Source: Tubulanus polymorphus
Lineage: Eukaryota > Animalia > Nemertea
Direction of reading: 5' to 3'
Assembly (NCBI RefSeq): GCF_964204645.1
Contig: NC_134031.1
Coordinates: forward strand, 12,881,607-12,945,606
DNA length: 64,000 nucleotides
Below are positions 39,039 to 46,134 of this stretch, in pieces. The position numbers and the translations under genes are program-made. The stretch's first letter is position 1; each line of letters begins with the position of its first letter. The notes beneath the pieces are model-generated. The model did not search any database. It was not told the origin of the DNA and saw nothing but the letters and a program-made list of their open reading frames with translations.

Positions 39039-40483
39039 ATGGATGTAGAAGGTGGAGAAGATTATGAAATGGGAGAAATGGGAAATAATAATGAAGGATA
39101 TATTGATGATGATTATAATGATGCAGAAACTAATATTGATAATGATGATGAATCAGCATATAATTCTAATTTAACTACACCTCAATATATTGATAAAACA
39201 CGTTCAAAGATAAGTATTGAAAATGAAGTACCAGAAATAACAGAAAAAGAATTCAATTATAATGAAATTATTCATGAATTTAAACCAATATTAAAAAGAT
39301 CTGGTTTCAATATAACAAATAAAGGTATGAATTATTTAGTAAAAGATTTAAAATATTTAAATGGTGATTATTATTGGAAATTGAAAGGCGACTATTATTT
39401 TAAGATTTCAAATCTTAAAAGTAGCGATAAAATAATAACACAATCAACTTTTAATTTATTTAAACCAGATAGAATTAAGAAAATCATTGATGATGTTATA
39501 ACTGATGTTACACAAGAAGAAAGAGATTATAATATAAAAGAATTTAAACAAAGAAATGCTAATTTTTTTAAGATAATTAATGAAAATTTAAGACAAAAAA
39601 AATTCCTAAAGAAGTTATTAATTCCAAAACTAGTAAACCTAATTCAAGCGAAGTTCAAACTGAAAAACTTTTACCAAATGGATTACTTGATGCAACAGAT
39701 CAACAATTAGAAGATTTAAATATATTTTCTGATAAAGCAATTAGAGAAATTATTAGTATAAGACTTGCATCTAATAAAATTGCGCATGATAAAAGTATAA
39801 GAGATTTTAAAATTAGAACTTTAGAAAAAGAATTAACTGATAAAAATAAAGAAATAGAACAATTAAAGTCTGATTTAGATCATCAAGTAATTGATGAAAT
39901 AGAATATAAGCAAAAAGAATTACGTTTAGAAAAAGAAATAGATGATTTAAAATTTAACAAAGAATTACAAAAAGAAGAAAGAGATACATTGTTAAAATCA
40001 TATGATTATAATATTAATAGATTAAAAGTTATTTTTAAAGATTTGTTGATAAAACCAGATTCTGAAATATCATTAAAAGACAGGATGAAGTTATTATTTA
40101 AATTAGAAGGAATAACAATTCTTTCAATTCTAACAGCTGTAACTATGTTATTTACAACAATTGGTTTAGCTATATCAAATGCTTTAAAATATACTCCTCC
40201 TACTCCCAATAAACCAGATAAACCTCCAGGCAATAATTCTATACAAGATAAAGTTAAAGATGGTTTAAAGAAATTAGCAAAATATTTATGGGAATTATCT
40301 AAAAAATCTGCTGCAGCATTGCCAGGAGTTGTTGCATCAATTGTTGGTTTTATATTGAAATCTGCAGGTAATATTCTTAACTTTGCTGCTGAACATATAA
40401 TTTTATTTTTAATCACAGTTGTAAGTGCTATTATTTTTGGGTTAGTAAATATGATATCAAAAAGATATCAAGAAAAAAAATAA
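39039..40483 (+). CDS. Acidic N-terminus/coiled-coil/multi-TM protein (~480 aa); frameshift in an A8 run at 39595-39602
   Basis: The -1 frame is open from the A-run (KIPKEVINSK...ERDTLLKSY) into ORF 39989-40483, which carries hydrophobic and amphipathic helices. Confidence 0.8.
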
Positions 40484-40517
40484 TAAAAAATAAATAATTA
40501 ATTTTTTTGTTTAATAA

Positions 40518-41765
40518 ATGAGCGGGAGTTATATAAGTCCTTCTAAGATTTCTAGAATATCTAATGCTATTAAAGCAGAAAGATCACATCATATAATTAC
40601 TCATAACCCTTCAAATATTAATCCCGATGAAACTTTATATGTTAGAATTCCGAGATTAACACAAAATACTTTTTATGTTCCAAATAGTATTTATTTATCA
40701 GCTGATATAAAAGTAACTGGTCATGATAATAATTATGTTGACGATAATGTTGGGAGATATTTGATTAAAAAATTAATTATAAAGATTGGTCTAGAAACAC
40801 TTTTCTCATTAGATGATTATAATTTATTTATGCATTATAAAGATTTATGGTTAACTAAAGAAAATAGAAATAATATGATATTTCAAGGAATCCAATCAGA
40901 AAACCAAAATAAATTAAGATCTGAAGCCAATAACGCAGTAGTAAATAATGACGTAGATAATTTGATTAAAAAGATTTATGGAAGCAAATATAAAATTCCA
41001 TTAGATTTTGAATTGATAAATAATAATGCACCTTTATATAAATACGCAATTCAAGAAGATATTATATTTGAGATAACATTTGCTCCTGTAAATGAAATTG
41101 TATTATCTAGCGTTGTTAAAGATATGAGTTATAAATTATCGAATATATGTTTAGAATATAACACAATAACTAATGAAAATATTGCTAGCACAATTCAAAC
41201 TCAATACAATCAAGGATTTTCATTATTATATGATTATATTGATAAATTTAAAACTGTAACTATTAATGCAAATGATGAAATTATTAATGAGAATATTAAC
41301 TTTCCTAGAAGATCTATTAAAGGTATATTAATATTTTTTACCATTGGAACGTATACTAATGGCGCAATAAAGGTAGATAATTATTATAATCCTGAAATAA
41401 CAAAAGTAGAAATAACTATCGAAGGAATAGCAAATAAAATATTTTGTCAAGGAATGAGAATGATAGATCAATGGGTAGAAATTAAAAAACATTTTATGAA
41501 TGAAAAAATAAAATCATTTGAAAATTGTAATATTAATCAAATTGATTATTATACCGGCAATAAATATGCATTATGGTTAGATTTTAGAACAACAGAGGAT
41601 AATTCATTACATGGTTCTGGGAAAAAACTACAGAACACTAAAGATGGAATACAATTATTTATGAAAAAGAAAAAAGGAAGTTTAAATTTCAAAATGCACA
41701 TTTATATCATATCTGACGCACAATTAAATATTGTAAATTCACAATTAGATAGTATTCAATATTAG
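40518..41765 (+). CDS. Putative major capsid protein (double jelly-roll)
   Basis: Intact 415-aa beta-rich ORF. THNPSNINPDETLYVRIPRL, NICLEY, YNPEITKVEITIEG and ALWLDFRT..DNSLHGSG resemble MCPs of invertebrate Polintons; size and context fit. Confidence 0.78.
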   Translation: MSGSYISPSKISRISNAIKAERSHHIITHNPSNINPDETLYVRIPRLTQNTFYVPNSIYLSADIKVTGHDNNYVDDNVGRYLIKKLIIKIGLETLFSLDDYNLFMHYKDLWLTKENRNNMIFQGIQSENQNKLRSEANNAVVNNDVDNLIKKIYGSKYKIPLDFELINNNAPLYKYAIQEDIIFEITFAPVNEIVLSSVVKDMSYKLSNICLEYNTITNENIASTIQTQYNQGFSLLYDYIDKFKTVTINANDEIINENINFPRRSIKGILIFFTIGTYTNGAIKVDNYYNPEITKVEITIEGIANKIFCQGMRMIDQWVEIKKHFMNEKIKSFENCNINQIDYYTGNKYALWLDFRTTEDNSLHGSGKKLQNTKDGIQLFMKKKKGSLNFKMHIYIISDAQLNIVNSQLDSIQY

Positions 41766-41795
41766 AAATATAAAGTTAAAATTAAGGATATATAA

Positions 41796-42923
41796 ATGGG
41801 TGGTAAAAAAACTCCTAATACTAAAGAACAATATTTAAGAAATTTATGTTACAACCCTGAGAGTTCGGTTGCTTATTCTTTTACTAAAAATATATGGCGT
41901 AAAGTAAAACAAGATAAATTAGATAAGATAATCCCACAAAATTTAGTTAAATATAAAGATATAAATGAATTTATGTTAGAACAACCAACATATACAACAC
42001 ATAAAAAAATTGTTAGAAAATATAAAACTCGTAAAACTATGGTAAGTTATGTAGATCAACAGTGGCAAGGAGATTTAATTGATATGAAAAATGTTAAGAA
42101 AGATAATGATGATTATTGGTGGTTATTGAATATAATTGATATTTTTAGTCGTTATGTATGGAGCTTCCCACTTTATAGAAAAGATGCTGTACAAACATCA
42201 AATGTTTTAAGAAAATTTCTTTCGGATGATAAACTAAATCCAGAAAAAATACAATTTGATGATGGAAAAGAGTTTGATAATTCACTTGTTCATGAACTCT
42301 TAGATAATCATAATATTAAATATTTTTCAACAAAATCAGATAAAAAAGCAGCAGTTGTTGAACGATTTAATAGAACATTAAGAACAAGAATGTGGAAATA
42401 TTTTACAGCAAATAATACTTTTAAATGGATTGATGTTTTACCAAAATTGATAGAAGGATATAATAATTCTTATCATTCTTCTATTGGAATGAAACCTATT
42501 GATGCTAGAAAACCTGAAAATGCTGAAATTGTTTGGAATAATTTATATGGAGCATTTCTTATAGATGATTTTGGTGAACCTAAATTTAAAGTTGGTCAAA
42601 ATGTTAGAATTTCTAAGTATAAAAAGATATTTGACAAAGGATACGATCGAAATTTTACTAGAGAAATATATAAAATAAAAAAGGTAATAACAACAAAACC
42701 ATATGTCTATAAATTAGAAGATTTAGATGGTGAAGAAGTTGATGGCTACTTTTACGAAGAAGAATTAAGTTTAACTACTGAAAATCTAGAACAAGAATAT
42801 AAAATTGAAAAAGTATTAAAAACAAAAACTATTAAAAGAAAAAAATATTCTTTAGTAAAATGGGTTGGATGGCCAGATAAATTCAATAAATGGATATTAT
42901 CAAGTAAAATTAAAAATATATAA
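41796..42923 (+). CDS. int: Retroviral-like (RVE) DDE integrase with C-terminal chromodomain
   Basis: WQGDLID, IDIFSRY, QFDDGKEF, VERFNRTLR; SH3-like KFKVGQNVRI; chromodomain YKIEKVL...LVKWVGWPDKFNKWI. The ORF is intact. Confidence 0.95.
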   Translation: MGGKKTPNTKEQYLRNLCYNPESSVAYSFTKNIWRKVKQDKLDKIIPQNLVKYKDINEFMLEQPTYTTHKKIVRKYKTRKTMVSYVDQQWQGDLIDMKNVKKDNDDYWWLLNIIDIFSRYVWSFPLYRKDAVQTSNVLRKFLSDDKLNPEKIQFDDGKEFDNSLVHELLDNHNIKYFSTKSDKKAAVVERFNRTLRTRMWKYFTANNTFKWIDVLPKLIEGYNNSYHSSIGMKPIDARKPENAEIVWNNLYGAFLIDDFGEPKFKVGQNVRISKYKKIFDKGYDRNFTREIYKIKKVITTKPYVYKLEDLDGEEVDGYFYEEELSLTTENLEQEYKIEKVLKTKTIKRKKYSLVKWVGWPDKFNKWILSSKIKNI

Positions 42924-43532
42924 ATGAACAAGGAATTATTTATATTTGAGCCTCATAATATGTTAATTTCTGGTGTAACAAATTGTGGAAAAACTTATTT
43001 TTTATTAAATTTATTATAAACTGTTTATGAAAACTTTTTTCATAATATAGTATTATTTTGTCCAACATATGAATTTAATCAAACTTATGATAGAAACATT
43101 ACTAGAAATAATAAATTTATTATATTAGATCCTAAAACAGTAAAAGAAAATTTAGATAATTGTATTAAAATAGCAATTGATATTTATAAAGGATCAAATA
43201 CATTATTTATCATAGATGATTGTGCAAATTTACATGATTCAAAAGTTAGAGAAAGTGAGTTATGTTATTTGGCTTTCTCTGGAAGACATTTTGGGATAAC
43301 AACTTGGGTTTTAAATCAAAAATATAATTCAATTGTTAAAGACTTTAGAGAAAACATTAGATTTCTAGTTTTATTTTACAATAAAGATAGAAAATTGCTG
43401 AAAAATGCACTTGAGGAAAATGATATTATTCCACATGATTTACATAATGAATATATGGATAAGTTGAAAAATATTAAAAGATCAAAATTACTATTTAGAT
43501 TACAACACCAATTTAAATATGAATTTATTTAA
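42924..43532 (+). CDS. A32/FtsK-like DNA packaging ATPase; in-frame TAA at 43017-43019
   Basis: Manual translation from ATG 42924 gives Walker A GVTNCGKT, Walker B LFIIDD, the SGRH arginine motif and VLNQ, in frame with ORF 43269-43532. Confidence 0.92.
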
Positions 43533-43539
43533 ATTCAAT

Positions 43540-43790
43540 TAGTTTGTTAATCTAGTTGAATTCTAGTTATTGGTAGTTGTAACAAAAATCAAATAGATTT
43601 AACAATATCTTAACTAGCTTGTTAATCTATTTTAATTCTAGTTACATTCTAGTTGAATTCTAGTTGTTAGTAGTTGGAACAAAAATCAACTAGATTTAAC
43701 AAGAAATAAATAAAAACAACAATATTTCAACTAGCTTGTTAATCTAGTTGAATTCTAGTTACATTCTAGTTAAATTCTAGTTGCAACATC
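43540..43790. repeat. Intergenic palindrome-rich repeat (~96-bp unit x3, 11-bp TTCTAGTTxxA subunits)
   Basis: TCTAGTTGAATTCTAGTT has GAATTC cores at 43558, 43655 and 43750. TTGTTAATCTAGTTGA and TCAACTAGATTTAACAA form inverted arms. Confidence 0.8.
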
Positions 43791-43814
43791 ACAACTAATT
43801 TTTTTGTTATATAA

Positions 43815-44420
43815 ATGGTAGGTGAAAAGAAAATAAAATCTAAAAATGGTGATGTTTCAATTGAAAAAACTTTAGATGATTTAGGAATAACAGAAACAAA
43901 ATTAACTCCAGATGATGGTGCTTTAAATAATGTTACAACAAATAATAATTATGAATATTATCTTTACTGTAAACATCAATTAGAAATATTAATAGCATCT
44001 GGAAAATGTAAAAAATTTGTTGATAAAAATTTAACTTATAATGAATTAGATACAATGAAATCAGTTGAAATTATTAGATTATTTAAGATTTATGAAGCCG
44101 CGAGAACAGCTAGAATTAATGACGCGATATCAGAAAATGTAGTAAAAGGTTATAGTAAATTATGTAATTATATACTACCAATTGAAAATGAAAATAGATT
44201 ATATTCCGATTTAAAAAATGACTATTTAGTTATGACTGAATTAAATAAATGGATTGGATATTTATCATTTCAATTAGGTGGATTTATGACATTATTATCA
44301 ACCGGGGTTATAACATTTTCAAATATTGAAAGTAAAAATATTTCTATAATAAATGAGCGAGGTGAAAGAAGTGAAGGAATTAACTGTGAAGAAAAAACCG
44401 AGAACTCAGAAACAAATTGA
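43815..44420 (+). CDS. Hypothetical protein, 201 aa, hydrophobic near the C-terminus
   Basis: Intact ORF with a T-run/TAAATG start. Confidence 0.8.
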   Translation: MVGEKKIKSKNGDVSIEKTLDDLGITETKLTPDDGALNNVTTNNNYEYYLYCKHQLEILIASGKCKKFVDKNLTYNELDTMKSVEIIRLFKIYEAARTARINDAISENVVKGYSKLCNYILPIENENRLYSDLKNDYLVMTELNKWIGYLSFQLGGFMTLLSTGVITFSNIESKNISIINERGERSEGINCEEKTENSETN

Positions 44421-44709
44421 ATGGTCTCGACAATTAGGAATTAAATCACAAGAATATAAAAAAGCTGTAAAAGAAAAAATAAGTAATAAAAATGGTGAAA
44501 ATATTGTTATTTCTACTCCTTCTGATAGTAGAATATTTGATAAATATTTATATTTTACAGTTGGATTTGTAATTGTATTCATTTTGATTGGGTATGATTG
44601 GTATAAGAAATCAAATAAAATTCATGATATTAGTAATTCTGAACCAACTGCTATCAAAAATGAAAGTACTTCTGAAATTCCGAAATTGATAATAAAAAAA
44701 ATGGATTAA
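44353..44709 (+). CDS. Basic single-TM protein, 118 aa
   Basis: TAAATG start inside the previous gene; KKKPRTQKQIEWSRQLG; TM segment YLYFTVGFVIVFILIGY. Confidence 0.75.
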   Translation: MSEVKEVKELTVKKKPRTQKQIEWSRQLGIKSQEYKKAVKEKISNKNGENIVISTPSDSRIFDKYLYFTVGFVIVFILIGYDWYKKSNKIHDISNSEPTAIKNESTSEIPKLIIKKMD

Positions 44710-44822
44710 TATTTTAGAAAAAAAGCAAAAAAAATAATTGAATATCTCACTACTTTTGTCTATCACTGTGTGGGTGCCGTTTATGGCACCATCTATGCGG
44801 AGCAATTAAATTGTCCAGATAA

Positions 44823-45710
44823 GTCATTTCGGATTCTAGATATTCATTATTTTTATTAATTTATTTTGTTTTTATTTGAATATTTGAATTTGAATTTGTT
44901 AATCAATTAACATAGTAATTGATTACTAATTTGATTAAAAATTATATCATAATTAAGTTAAAAATACATAATTCATTTATCAGTTTTCATTCTTACATTC
45001 TTTTCATTCGGAATAATTTATAATTTCAAATTTCACATATTTTTTTAGCACCAACAACATTTACTTAGGTGTTTTAGCTAAGTATATAAGGTAATTCATT
45101 CAACCACTGGAGTAGCTCTGGCCAGCAGAGGCATTTTGAAAATGCACCTTCGTCCACTCTCCGGGTTTCTCCTTCGGTTTCGAATTTCGAGGTTGGTAGA
45201 AATTACATTAGGCGCCTTTAATATAATGTGATTTCTACCAATCATTGAAGGAGATCTCGGTTGACGTGGGTCGCCGGGGGTGTAAGTAGAAATGACGGGG
45301 GATAAGCGTCCCGTGGCGCCTTTCAATAATGGGATGCTTCTCCCCTGAAAACTCGTAGGTCGAGGATAGGGCAATTTTGCTAAAACTTACCGTAAAAACA
45401 TTGAAATATTCCTTTCAATCACGAGAGAATGATGACTATCCTCCTGTCGTCACGGCCGAGCTAATTTAAATAAACCTCGTTTTCAGCAACTAATGAAAAC
45501 GCAGTAATTCAATACCAGCTAACTGATTTGTGTGTGTTGTATGTACTACGTGCTTATTATAACAACAACGTTGTGCAACACCTGTTTGATTGATCAATAT
45601 TCAAATGAAGCACTCTCTTATAATAATATGTAACAGATGTACTGTATGATTGTAGTTGTTTATAAAACGACTAAGGTCATTTTGGATTCTAGATATTCAT
45701 TATTTCTATT
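44823..45710. repeat. 35-bp direct repeats (44823-44857 and 45676-45710) flanking ~820 bp of apparently non-coding DNA
   Basis: GTCATTT(C/T)GGATTCTAGATATTCATTATTT(T/C)TATT, 33/35 identical. Confidence 0.85.
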
Positions 45711-45716
45711 TCTTAT

Positions 45717-46043
45717 TTAATCAACAATTTCTAAATCATGATGACCGTCTTCATTTTTCCCATGATATATTATTTTAAATCCTACTAAGTCTTTCAATTC
45801 CTCCATACTCAATGAAACCCATTTATCGGGTAAAAACACTTTAAATTCTCGTGATGTACTAACATTACAGTAGCTTAAATTAGCTGATACTTTCTCTCCA
45901 TATTTAGTTTTTATCTTTTCTAATTTCAATATTTTATGTTCAATTTCTTTTGTAACATCAACTAACTTTTTTATTTAAAATTGTTTTTTTGCTGGTTTTA
46001 TTCTGTTATTTATTGTTGCTAAGAATGCTTTTCTATCTCCCAT
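45717..46043 (-). CDS. Small protein (108 codons, possibly OB-fold/SSB-like) starting inside the right TIR; in-frame TAA at 45975-45977
   Basis: MGDRKAFLATINNRIKPAKKQF*IKKLVDVTKEIEHKILKLEKIKTKYGEK..., in frame with ORF 45717-45929. A homolog lies at 2278-2608. Confidence 0.78.
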
Positions 46044-46128
46044 TTATTAGGAAAAAAAATTACTTGTGGTGATGAGTGGTGTCTCGACCTCTCGACCTCT
46101 GGTATGAAAGCCCACTTTTCCAATTACT
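46039..46128 (-). repeat. Right terminal inverted repeat
   Basis: Reverse complement of 28847-28936; ends ...CAATTACT. Confidence 0.97.
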
Positions 46129-46134
46129 AATGTC
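46129..46134 (+). repeat. Target-site duplication AATGTC (right copy)
   Basis: Matches 28841-28846. Confidence 0.97.

Larger units (their letters stand above)
28847..46128 (+). mobile_element. Full-length Polinton/Maverick (endogenous polintovirus), 17,282 bp
   Basis: 5'-AGT...ACT-3' termini, TIRs, 6-bp TSD, pPolB, RVE integrase, A32-like ATPase and capsid-like genes. Strongly AT-rich relative to the satellite. Confidence 0.98.

Noticed and set aside
45096-45374. 92-aa minus-strand ORF in the GC-richer segment
   Set aside because: Non-ATG start, no TAAATG, atypical composition and no recognisable motif.
45650-45695. Helitron 3' end (hairpin plus CTAG)
   Set aside because: CTAG is followed by A rather than T, no matching 5' TC end was identified, and the CTAG is part of the 35-bp direct repeat.
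31572-45977. Alternative genetic code (TAA=Gln) to explain the internal stops
   Set aside because: TAA is the normal terminator of most genes here. Internal TAAs are rare (one per gene), and the expected residues differ (probably Leu in polB, Gln at 37979).
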